A DNA stretch of 64,000 nt from an uncultured Sutterella sp. (GCA_937906995.1 CALESB010000019.1:5993-69992), one strand, 5' to 3'. Positions 28,145 to 36,475 are shown, numbered from the stretch's first letter. The notes: a model not told the origin generated them from the letters alone. Translations and numbers: made by a program.

Positions 28145-28920
28145 TGGATAAAGTTTGGGGCGCGAATGTTTCGCAAGTTCCTCCAGTCATTCCTGCTGAT
28201 GCTCCAACCGGTTACCCAACAGACGGCAGTTCAACCGGTGGCGTTAGCGCAACGGTACCCAAAGCCTTTTGGTACTACATGCTGTCAGAGGAAATAGCCA
28301 ATGCGATTAAAGGTGGTGGTATTAAGCTTAATCGTAATGATCTTTCTCAGTTGAACCAAAGTATTGATAAACGAATTCAAGCAGCGGTTGAAACAATTGA
28401 ATCGGCCTTGGGTCAAATCACAGACAAGATTGCTCAGGTAGAAACGACACCTCCTGGCGCAGTTATGCCTTTTGCTACTGATAAGCAACCGTCTCCGTAT
28501 TGGTTGTATTGCGATGGGCGTGCGGTATCTCGTACAACATACGCAAACTTATTTGCGGTTATTGGTACGACTTATGGTGCTGGTAACGGTTCTACAACCT
28601 TCAATCTTCCCGATTACCGAGGAGCGTTCATACGTGGATTAGATAGCGGACGAGGTTTAGATGGCGGTCGAAGATTGGGAACTCATCAAGGTGATGCGAT
28701 TCGTAACATCAAGGGGGTTCATGGTGGTCATGCTTTCAAATATGGCACTCCAAGTAAAACGTCTGGACCTTTCGCGTTCGAAGGCGTTGAAAATGGCGGC
28801 GCAGGTAAAGATGGTAACTGTACTGTGTACGAAATGACTTTCGACGCAAGCCGTCAAGTTCCCACAGCAAATGAAAATCGTCCGGTTAATGAGGCGGTTT
28901 GTTTCTTCATTCATATTTAG
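28144..28920 (+). CDS. Tail fibre 1 with tail collar domain
   Basis: N-terminal baseplate-anchor motif; collar motif WLYCDG..VSRTTYANLFAVIGT..TTFNLPDYRG.FIRG. Confidence 0.9.
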   Translation: MDKVWGANVSQVPPVIPADAPTGYPTDGSSTGGVSATVPKAFWYYMLSEEIANAIKGGGIKLNRNDLSQLNQSIDKRIQAAVETIESALGQITDKIAQVETTPPGAVMPFATDKQPSPYWLYCDGRAVSRTTYANLFAVIGTTYGAGNGSTTFNLPDYRGAFIRGLDSGRGLDGGRRLGTHQGDAIRNIKGVHGGHAFKYGTPSKTSGPFAFEGVENGGAGKDGNCTVYEMTFDASRQVPTANENRPVNEAVCFFIHI

Positions 28921-28928
28921 GTGAAGCG

Positions 28929-30065
28929 ATGAAAAGATTTTATGAAGCAAATGCGAGTGAAACTCCGCCGAAACCGCCATTGAATCCAAGCTACGGTTAC
29001 CCTCAAAACGGTAACCGTTCTTTAAATCAGAAGCCTACAAAGTTGGGGGCTTACTGGTTTCACATGATCACAGAAGAGTTTATGGCTGTGATCGAAGGGG
29101 CGGGACTTGAACCAGATGAAAATAATCTCCACCAATTAGCTGACATTTTTCAAGATTTTCGTGACCGTGCGACAGCTTCGGAAGAGTTTAAGGTAGCAGC
29201 CGAAGCTGCAGCTAAGCGAGCCGAAGAAGCTGCTAAAGGGGTTGTAACGGAGACGGCTAGCAAGATCAAAGAAATTCAAGCTGAAGGGAAAAAACAGGTT
29301 GATGCAGTTGCCCAGCAAGGAACAGCAATTCAAGGCCAAGTTGATAGTGCAATTGACTCTATTATGGCCAAAGCTACTGAAGTTAATGCAGAGGTTCAAG
29401 CGGTAGGTGGTCAAGAGCAATCTGCCTTGAGGACAGCATGTCAACAACAAATTGAAGAGATTAAGCGTCTGTTCCCGACTTATGTGTCGGATCTCAATCA
29501 GTCAATGGTTAAGACCGATGCGCAGTCACTATCTAATGAGCAAAAGGAACAGGCTAGAAAAAACATTAGCGCTCTTGGTAAAGAAGAGGCTGCGCAAACT
29601 TATGCAACAAAGACTGAGTTAACCAGTGGTTTGGCAACTAAACAGCCAACAGGGGACTATGCAACTAGAACAGAGCTAAATAATGGGCTTAATGGCAAGG
29701 CCAATAGTAGTCATAGTCATGCTTACGTGCCGACTTCGGGTGGGACGGTTAATGGTAGCTTGACAGTGACTGGTACTTTGAAAGGGGGTACGGTTCAAGC
29801 TACCTCCGATCGTCGATTAAAAACGAATATCTCAGAGCTTGAAAGCTTGAACATAGCAAGTGTTAAGGCCTATCGCTACGTGCTGAAGTCTGACGGAATG
29901 CATCACGTTGGTTTGATCGCTCAGGATCTCATTAAGGTTTTGCCAGAAGCTGTTCAAGCGGATGAAAAGGGGTTCTTGTCTATCGACTATAACGCAGTGG
30001 TTGCCTTGTTGGTCAATAAGGTTCAATCGCTGGAAGCTCGTGTGAGTAAGTTGGAGGGTAAATAA
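28929..30065 (+). CDS. Tail fibre 2 with C-terminal S74 intramolecular chaperone
   Basis: Anchor domain paralogous to fibre 1; YATxTEL repeats; SDRRLKTNI..GLIAQD..PEAV..IDYNAVVALLV. Confidence 0.88.
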   Translation: MKRFYEANASETPPKPPLNPSYGYPQNGNRSLNQKPTKLGAYWFHMITEEFMAVIEGAGLEPDENNLHQLADIFQDFRDRATASEEFKVAAEAAAKRAEEAAKGVVTETASKIKEIQAEGKKQVDAVAQQGTAIQGQVDSAIDSIMAKATEVNAEVQAVGGQEQSALRTACQQQIEEIKRLFPTYVSDLNQSMVKTDAQSLSNEQKEQARKNISALGKEEAAQTYATKTELTSGLATKQPTGDYATRTELNNGLNGKANSSHSHAYVPTSGGTVNGSLTVTGTLKGGTVQATSDRRLKTNISELESLNIASVKAYRYVLKSDGMHHVGLIAQDLIKVLPEAVQADEKGFLSIDYNAVVALLVNKVQSLEARVSKLEGK

Positions 30066-30790
30066 TGGCTATTGATTCTGGTCTGAAGCGCTCTAATGGT
30101 AGTGACCTTGGTAATAATCTTTTCGCAGGTAATGGTACGAGCAGTGGAAACCAAACATTCAAGATTATCATGAAAAACGGGGTTGACCTTGGGCGTGGTT
30201 GGTATAACAAAAACTCTTGCTCGCAAGCGGTTGGAGCTGTAGGTTTTAAAAACTCAGCGGGGGTTGATGTAGGTACTTTACTTGGGAAATATGGGACATT
30301 GAATTGTAATTGTGATTGTGATTGTGATTGCGACTGTTGGGATATTTGCGACACAGATACAGATGGCTGTTTTATCTCTGGAGTTATTGTCACGCTTAGA
30401 GGAAATGTTGAAGTTTCCGAGATTAAAGAAGGCGATTTCCTTTTGGGAGTTGATAATCAGTGGCATAAAGTAGTCGGTGTTGCCAAAAATGTAATTGGGA
30501 ATAGAAAAATATTTTCATTACCCAATGGCGGATGTGTTACAGAAGACCACATTGTTTTTTTGAACAATGAAAGCCATGTTCCGTCATTATCTAAATTGCA
30601 TTTAGATTTTGCATTAACCGCGACCAATGGTAAACAAGGCAAGTATCAAATAGACAGTGTAAGACAAATAGAAGCCCCGATTTTTTTAGAACCTGTGTCT
30701 AAAGCTGTAATTACATACTCTCCAATTACAGAGACTCGTTGTATTACTTATTTAAATGGTGATCTTGTTTTGATTGCACAAAAAGTATGA
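30065..30790 (+). CDS. Cys-Xaa repeat precursor-like protein fused to a Hint domain
   Basis: Three GxD(L/V)G repeats, NCNCDCDCDCDC, then G|CFISG..V..IKEGD (block A) and VTEDHIVF (block B TxxH). Confidence 0.8.
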   Translation: MAIDSGLKRSNGSDLGNNLFAGNGTSSGNQTFKIIMKNGVDLGRGWYNKNSCSQAVGAVGFKNSAGVDVGTLLGKYGTLNCNCDCDCDCDCWDICDTDTDGCFISGVIVTLRGNVEVSEIKEGDFLLGVDNQWHKVVGVAKNVIGNRKIFSLPNGGCVTEDHIVFLNNESHVPSLSKLHLDFALTATNGKQGKYQIDSVRQIEAPIFLEPVSKAVITYSPITETRCITYLNGDLVLIAQKV

Positions 30791-31719
30791 GTAAATTTTT
30801 AAAACTTACGAGGGTATGCGTTCCATTAAGTCTAGATTGCGATTTGTCTTGTAGATATTGCTATCGAAATGTTGGTCGCATACCAAAAGTTCCTGAATTT
30901 AACGATTTAATGAAAGAGTTCTTGGCTCAATTAGATCCAAAAAGAGTTCAGGCGTTGGTTGCCTCTGGCGGGGAACCGCTTTTGCACTGGGATAAAGTCA
31001 AAGAACTTTATTCTTATGCCCCGCCAAACATCCATAAAAAAGTTATGACTAACGGATTAAATCTTACTGAAGAAATTGTTGATTATTTAAACGAACATGA
31101 TGTTGAGGTGTGGGTTAGTCATGACGGTAATGCAACAAAATGGTTAAGAGGTGCGGATGTTTTAAAAGATGACTATTTAAAGTCGTTAATTTTAAAAATT
31201 AAAAATCTAACATTTAACGCCTGTTGCACAGCAAGAAATCCAGACCCATATAAAGTTTACGAAGAAATAAAAGCAAAGATTCAAAGGAAGTTTTATTTTC
31301 ATTTTTCAGCGGTATTTGCAGATACCTTTTGTGATTATTTAACAGAGGGTTTTGATTATGACGCTTTTCAAAGAGGGTCTTTGCTTTGTGAATTAGAACA
31401 TCTTGATTGGAAAAATCCAATTCCAAGATATGGAAAGGGAATGGGTATAAATGTTTTACCAAATGGCGATGTTGTTGGTATGGCGGAAATACACCATAAG
31501 TACGGGACAATATTGGATTCTGTAGATTCTATTATCCAAAAGCAGATTGAATTTGGAGACAGAACCTCATGCACCAATACCAGTTGTACGATTTTTAATT
31601 TTTGCAATAAAAGCGCTACTCCAAGATCTAATCATTCAAGAACACCCCACTCATGTGAGGTTCTTAAAAGACGAATTGAGATTAAATCTGCGATAGCTGG
31701 AAATAGAGAAGATGATTGA
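30787..31719 (+). CDS. Radical SAM enzyme 1 (partial SPASM-like C-terminus)
   Basis: CDLSCRYC, SGGEPLL, TNG; C-terminal Cys cluster. Confidence 0.9.
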   Translation: MSKFLKLTRVCVPLSLDCDLSCRYCYRNVGRIPKVPEFNDLMKEFLAQLDPKRVQALVASGGEPLLHWDKVKELYSYAPPNIHKKVMTNGLNLTEEIVDYLNEHDVEVWVSHDGNATKWLRGADVLKDDYLKSLILKIKNLTFNACCTARNPDPYKVYEEIKAKIQRKFYFHFSAVFADTFCDYLTEGFDYDAFQRGSLLCELEHLDWKNPIPRYGKGMGINVLPNGDVVGMAEIHHKYGTILDSVDSIIQKQIEFGDRTSCTNTSCTIFNFCNKSATPRSNHSRTPHSCEVLKRRIEIKSAIAGNREDD

Positions 31720-32788
31720 ACGGTCGATTTTTAATTTAAAAAAAATTACCTTAATTTTGGGGACGGCTTGTAATTTTAATTGCATCTATTGTGTGCAACA
31801 CGAAAATAAACCACGTTGCAGAAAGGCAATTAAACCCGAAGTGATTAAATGGCTTGAGCATATTGCGTTTAGATTACCAAAGAAGTTCAAGCCAACGCTT
31901 CAGTTTTACGGTGGCGAACCGCTGCTTTATCGGGATGCAATTCATCAAGTTGTAGAGCATTTTGGTGATGATTTTAATTATGCATTGATTAGTAATGGAT
32001 CAAACTTAACAAAAGAAGATGTTGACTTTTTCAATGCAAACTCAATTATGTTTGTGTTTTCAAATGATGGGCCAAACACGAAAATCACTCGCCAAGTTGA
32101 CATGTTCGAAGATGAAAACTTTACAAAACTGTTTAATCAAATCGAACATAAAGCCATTGATCTTGTTTATTCGGCACTTTCGCAAGACTTGCCTAACGTG
32201 TTTAAACATATTGAAGCGAAAGCGCCGGATACGTTAATTTGGCCAGAAGAGTTGATTTGCAATAGTTATACCGATTCTCGTTTGGTTGATTTTGATAAGG
32301 ACGTTTTGTTAAAGAGTTATAAGGAAATGGGAGAGGATCTTTACACAGCCTTGAACTCTAAAGAAGATGTAAAACTGTCAAACTCGACAAGGATTTTTTA
32401 TAACTGGGTTAAATCCGTTGGCAAAACCATAAATTATCCCGTATTTCCAAAGTTTGGCGTGTGCGGAAGCGGTAATAAAGCGTTAAGCGTGGACACGGAA
32501 GGGAAGATATATCTTTGCAAAAACTTCAATGAAAAAATCGGTACTGTCTCTGATAGTTATGAAACGCTATATGACAGAGCATTAGAGTTAACAAAGAAGC
32601 TACGTGACAAAAATCTTGAAGCAAAAGGTTGTTTTGACTGTCCTGTTTTTTATTTTTGCAAAGGCGGTTGTCCATTTGAAGAAGCTTCTGAAATGCAAAA
32701 GAAGCGGTGCGAAATGACAAGAGCAAAATGGTTAAGCGTGGTTAGTTTTATAGATAACAAATTGGAGATTAAATATGAAGATTCTTAG
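31712..32788 (+). CDS. Radical SAM/SPASM enzyme 2
   Basis: CNFNCIYC, FYGGEPLL, CGSG..G.IYLC..CFDC...CKGGCP..C. Confidence 0.93.
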   Translation: MIERSIFNLKKITLILGTACNFNCIYCVQHENKPRCRKAIKPEVIKWLEHIAFRLPKKFKPTLQFYGGEPLLYRDAIHQVVEHFGDDFNYALISNGSNLTKEDVDFFNANSIMFVFSNDGPNTKITRQVDMFEDENFTKLFNQIEHKAIDLVYSALSQDLPNVFKHIEAKAPDTLIWPEELICNSYTDSRLVDFDKDVLLKSYKEMGEDLYTALNSKEDVKLSNSTRIFYNWVKSVGKTINYPVFPKFGVCGSGNKALSVDTEGKIYLCKNFNEKIGTVSDSYETLYDRALELTKKLRDKNLEAKGCFDCPVFYFCKGGCPFEEASEMQKKRCEMTRAKWLSVVSFIDNKLEIKYEDS

Positions 32789-33518
32789 ATACGAACCAAA
32801 CGAAAAGTCTCAAAAACTGTTTACTTTGGGATTGAGTTTTGATAACAAAAGTGGCATTTTGTCGGGAACAGTTGGCACCGCAAGCGTCAATGGCGATTTA
32901 ATCTTAGACATTAATATCGACTTGAATGAGTGGGTTGGAAAAGTTATCGATGTTATGCTGTCGGCAACAAACAATGGCTATGAGGTTATCACGTTTAACG
33001 CATTGCAAAATTACTCAATGGGCAATGGGTTACCAAGCGCTCCAGAGTCGAGGCCGCGAATGATGACGCGTCTATTTAGAATGTTTGTTCATAAGAATAT
33101 AGATGATTCTATTATTCAGATTCGACAGGGGCACGAAGAGATTGAAGGCTTTGAAAACATTATTGAAGATGGGAACCCAGAATTAAGCATGTTTAACCTT
33201 AGCCGACATGACCCAGAAGCAGCTTTGGTTATTGAAATAGCAAGAGCCAAATCTGACATGTTGGGCAAGGTTGACCAAAGAGACTCTGTTGCGTATCTTG
33301 AGGCGCAAGTAGATCTTTTGACTCGTTTATATCTCGAATCTCATGCAAACAAAAGCGGGGAGTTGATTGATCTTCTGCGATTGGCCGACTCAAGCTCTGT
33401 CTTAAACGTCAAAAGCAAAGATAGTTTAAGTAAAGAGTTTACCGAAAAGAAGACGTTAGTTCGTCAAGCCCAACAGGAATACTATGACGCAAAAACCGTT
33501 AAAACGATTGTTGCTTAA
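32775..33518 (+). CDS. Hypothetical protein in rSAM cassette
   Basis: 247 aa, overlaps both neighbours; beta-rich N-terminus and helical C-terminus. Confidence 0.75.
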   Translation: MKILRYEPNEKSQKLFTLGLSFDNKSGILSGTVGTASVNGDLILDINIDLNEWVGKVIDVMLSATNNGYEVITFNALQNYSMGNGLPSAPESRPRMMTRLFRMFVHKNIDDSIIQIRQGHEEIEGFENIIEDGNPELSMFNLSRHDPEAALVIEIARAKSDMLGKVDQRDSVAYLEAQVDLLTRLYLESHANKSGELIDLLRLADSSSVLNVKSKDSLSKEFTEKKTLVRQAQQEYYDAKTVKTIVA

Positions 33519-34473
33519 GCTTGGAACAAAATGCAACCTATCTTGTCCTCATTGCCATCAGGTTCAAAAGCACTTTAAAGAACATCCGAGGTTAATAGAT
33601 TGGATCAAAGAGCAACGTTTTGATCAGATAACGTTTAGTGGTGGAGAGCCACTAATGTATTTCGATATTATTAAACGTATTATGGTGGCGGTTGGGAAAG
33701 ATACTGTTTATAGAATGATGTCCAACGGAACTCTTCTTTCAGATGAGATTGTAGAGTTCTTTAACGAATATCACGTCAAGTACGCAATATCTTACGATGG
33801 TGTAAATGGGGGAAGAGACCTAACCGTTCCAATAAGATGGGATAAAGCTAAGAACTTAAAACGATGTGGTACATGCGCTATTTTTAGCACACCAACATTT
33901 TCGTTTAGAGAGTATGCAAAAGATATAGAGAAAGTTTGCAAATCAACCGGCTTTAGCTCTTGGACAGACCCAGAATTTTTAAATATTGGATGGATCCATC
34001 AAACGCCAGACGCTCCAAATAAAGAATTTACAAAAGAAACCGCAGATAGTTTTATTGAGCAGGTAACTAACCAGATTGATAAATCTCTGTATTGTTGGTC
34101 TCAAAACCAACTAAGTGGTTTTACTCTTAAGTCAAATATTAGAAGGTGGTACGAAAAGCGCAAAACGGTACATGGAACTTTTTGTTGCAACGAAGCTCTG
34201 ATTTCTGTCAATCTTGACGGGACAATCATGCAATGTCCTTATGGGACAAGAGTTATTGGCTCTATTTACAATATGCCAAGTATGGAGTTATTGGATTCTT
34301 TTGTTCCAGAAAAGTGTAAACATTGTGAGTTTTGGGATATTTGTCATTGCTCTTGTGTTGCTTCTATTACAGAGCTTGACTGCTATGTAAACAAAACAAT
34401 GATTCCAAGGGTTAAGGAGTTGATTGCGAAATACGGAGTTGAAAAAGAGGTGAGGGATATCTTCGGTCAATAA
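33484..34473 (+). CDS. Radical SAM/SPASM enzyme 3
   Basis: CNLSCPHC, FSGGEPLM, CC..DGTIMQC..CKHC...CHCSC..C. Confidence 0.92.
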   Translation: MTQKPLKRLLLKLGTKCNLSCPHCHQVQKHFKEHPRLIDWIKEQRFDQITFSGGEPLMYFDIIKRIMVAVGKDTVYRMMSNGTLLSDEIVEFFNEYHVKYAISYDGVNGGRDLTVPIRWDKAKNLKRCGTCAIFSTPTFSFREYAKDIEKVCKSTGFSSWTDPEFLNIGWIHQTPDAPNKEFTKETADSFIEQVTNQIDKSLYCWSQNQLSGFTLKSNIRRWYEKRKTVHGTFCCNEALISVNLDGTIMQCPYGTRVIGSIYNMPSMELLDSFVPEKCKHCEFWDICHCSCVASITELDCYVNKTMIPRVKELIAKYGVEKEVRDIFGQ

Positions 34474-34515
34474 CGCACGCGGGGCAGGATATTTCTATCA
34501 CTGCCCCTGCACTCT

Positions 34516-34644
34516 TTAGAGTTTCGCGCGGATAATCCACAAGACGATGATCACGACAATGATTGAAATTTGAACATTCAAATCAATATCGAAAATCAAA
34601 GTGACTTGTGGTATTATCAGACACGAGGTTAAGACGTATTCCAT
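34516..34644 (-). CDS. Small hydrophobic peptide (42 aa), candidate type I toxin
   Basis: Manual translation MEYVLTSCLIIPQVTLIFDIDLNVQISIIVVIIVLWIIRAKL; GAGGCG RBS. Confidence 0.55.
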   Translation of the reverse strand: MEYVLTSCLIIPQVTLIFDIDLNVQISIIVVIIVLWIIRAKL

Positions 34645-34700
34645 AACATCGCCTCATGTTTAAAGACTCGGCCCGGTGTTACCAGCACTGGGCTTTGTCG
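34620..34700 (+). ncRNA. Candidate antisense antitoxin RNA
   Basis: TCGAAA-17bp-TATTAT promoter with extended TG; covers toxin RBS and start; ends at GCCCGGTG..CACTGGGCTTT hairpin. Confidence 0.45.
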
Positions 34701-34956
34701 TTTCTACACCCCTTTCGGGGGCCCCTACGGCTTTCGCCGTAATCTTTTAAGCGCGCTAGGAATCGAAGATTCGGCGCAAAGTTTTCAGGGCAGAGGCGAA
34801 GCCAGTTACGCTTTCGCTTCGTGTCGTTCGCTATTGTACAGATTTTTGAATCATAAAAAGTAAGCCCCTTGGTGTTGGTTGCATCAAGGGGCTTTTTCGT
34901 ATCTTAGTTCACAGATATGACATGGAATATTTTAACAAAAATAAAGGTCATTAGAA

Positions 34957-35457
34957 ATGATTAATACGCTTTCAAATATTTTGCCCAATGGAGCAGATCG
35001 GGTGCTTATGGGCTTGGGCGGGTGTATCGGCGCGGCGTTTAGTTTTGCTTTTGGAGATGTTAAACCTCTGCTTCTTTGGCTTTGTGTTTTCGTCACCATA
35101 GATATGGTCCTAGGGATGTTTGCAGCACTTCGGACTGGAACGTGGTGCGGTAGAAAAATCTTCTGGGGAACGGTTCGCAAAGTTTTGATGTTCTCAATTG
35201 TGGCTCTTGCACACGGTCTTGATGAAACACTTCACAGCCTTATCAACTTCCGATTCGTTCAATCGGTCGTAATTGTTGCCTACACGGCTGGAGAGTTCGG
35301 ATCAATCATTAAAAATCTCGAAAGGGCGGGGCTAGGTGGAGTTGTTCCTCCAGTACTGCGCTACATCCTCTATGCGATCAATCAGTACCTTGATGACCGA
35401 GTTAGTAAAACATTACCGATTAAGTTAGCAACACCAGATAAAAAGGAGAAACCATGA
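34957..35457 (+). CDS. Holin (Phage_holin_4_1/TcdE-like)
   Basis: TM segments; RKVLMFSIVALAHGLD..EFGSIIKNL. Confidence 0.85.
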   Translation: MINTLSNILPNGADRVLMGLGGCIGAAFSFAFGDVKPLLLWLCVFVTIDMVLGMFAALRTGTWCGRKIFWGTVRKVLMFSIVALAHGLDETLHSLINFRFVQSVVIVAYTAGEFGSIIKNLERAGLGGVVPPVLRYILYAINQYLDDRVSKTLPIKLATPDKKEKP

Positions 35458-35822
35458 AAATCGAATTTTTTGACACGAAGGAATTTGAAAGTAAAGACGG
35501 TAAGCCGTCACCTTATGGTGAAACGGTTGTTGCCAAGGAGTTGATTGTCCGACTCAATGCTATTCGCTCTCGTTTTGGCAAACCTATTATCGTCAATTCT
35601 GCCTATCGCTCGCCTGAGCACAACAAGGCTGTCGGTGGAGTTTCTAATTCTCAACACGTTCTTGGCACTGCAGCCGATATTCGGCCAGAGGATCTCAAAG
35701 ATTTGCCAGAGCTCCAAAAGATTTGCGATGAGATGAATCCGCATGGTGGCGTGGGTTTATACAACACGTTTGTTCATGTTGATGTGCGAGGAGAAAAAGC
35801 ACGATGGGACAACCGAAAATAA
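35454..35822 (+). CDS. Endolysin, peptidase M15 family
   Basis: SAYRSPEHNKAVGG..SQH..G.AAD..FVHVD. Confidence 0.9.
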   Translation: MKIEFFDTKEFESKDGKPSPYGETVVAKELIVRLNAIRSRFGKPIIVNSAYRSPEHNKAVGGVSNSQHVLGTAADIRPEDLKDLPELQKICDEMNPHGGVGLYNTFVHVDVRGEKARWDNRK

Positions 35823-36058
35823 CTCGTGCCCAACTCGCCGAACAAGTGCGGTGTATTTATTACTACCGCACGCCCCATGTTGGTCACACGGTAGCCATGA
35901 TCGTTTATAAGAATGGTTGCTCAGTTGTAGGGGAGGCTCGTGAAATAGATGATCCTGTCGGTTTTAAAAAGGATCTTGGAGGACAAGCTGCGTTTGAAGA
36001 TGCTCTTGCCAAATCGCCTGATATTTTAGAGTGGTGGGAAAAGAGACATGGACATTAA
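35804..36058 (+). CDS. Phage gp49/gp66-like protein
   Basis: KNGCSVVGEA..DP..F..LG..A.EDA pattern. Confidence 0.6.
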   Translation: MGQPKITRAQLAEQVRCIYYYRTPHVGHTVAMIVYKNGCSVVGEAREIDDPVGFKKDLGGQAAFEDALAKSPDILEWWEKRHGH

Positions 36059-36422
36059 GTACATTATCGCTTCGGTCGTTTGCTCTGTCGTCATCTATGG
36101 CGCTTACTCAACTGGTTATGAGAAGGCGGAGACAGAAGCAACATTAAAGATTGAGAGCATGAAACTGGATCATGCGAATCAGATTATCGAAGCTCAGCAA
36201 AAGGAAAAGGAAAAGTATGAGAACAAGACAAAAGAGCTTATGGTTAGTTACAATAATGAGCGCACTAACTATATTAAGCGGGTGCAGCAACTTGAGCGAA
36301 AGTTACAGTCAGACACAAATATGGAAGCCCTCCGTAATGAACGAGACCGATGTTTTGGATTGGCAGTTAGAGGCGAACGCTTATTACGACGAGCTGAATC
36401 GCTTATTGAGGGAATGAAGTAG
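36048..36422 (+). CDS. i-spanin (Rz-like)
   Basis: N-terminal TM segment plus coiled coil, after endolysin. Confidence 0.8.
   Translation: MDIKYIIASVVCSVVIYGAYSTGYEKAETEATLKIESMKLDHANQIIEAQQKEKEKYENKTKELMVSYNNERTNYIKRVQQLERKLQSDTNMEALRNERDRCFGLAVRGERLLRRAESLIEGMK
36217..36417 (+). CDS. o-spanin lipoprotein (Rz1-like), embedded in i-spanin
   Basis: MRTRQKSLWLVTIMSALTILSGC lipobox in an alternate frame. Confidence 0.8.
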   Translation: MRTRQKSLWLVTIMSALTILSGCSNLSESYSQTQIWKPSVMNETDVLDWQLEANAYYDELNRLLRE

Positions 36423-36451
36423 GGATCCGAACCCTCGCTTCATATTTGCAA

Positions 36452-36475
36452 GATTGTGTGGTTGATTGTGTGGTT
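36452..36475. repeat. Tandem 12-bp direct repeat, probable integrase arm-type sites
   Basis: GATTGTGTGGTT x2, about 50 bp from att core. Confidence 0.6.

Noticed and set aside
30013..30393. Antisense ORF with SQSQSQ repeat
   Set aside because: Reverse reading of the Cys-Asp repeat; the plus-strand gene is coupled to its neighbours
30368..30790. Classical splicing intein
   Set aside because: No terminal His-Asn, C-extein or homing endonuclease
30787..34473. rSAMs as queuosine/7-deazaguanine or anaerobic RNR activase genes
   Set aside because: No queC/queD/folE/dpdA or nrdD nearby; SPASM-type Cys sets and an adjacent Cys-rich substrate fit peptide maturases better
28144..34960. Diversity-generating retroelement or invertase-based fibre switching
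   Set aside because: No reverse transcriptase, invertase, TR/VR pair or inverted fibre segment seen
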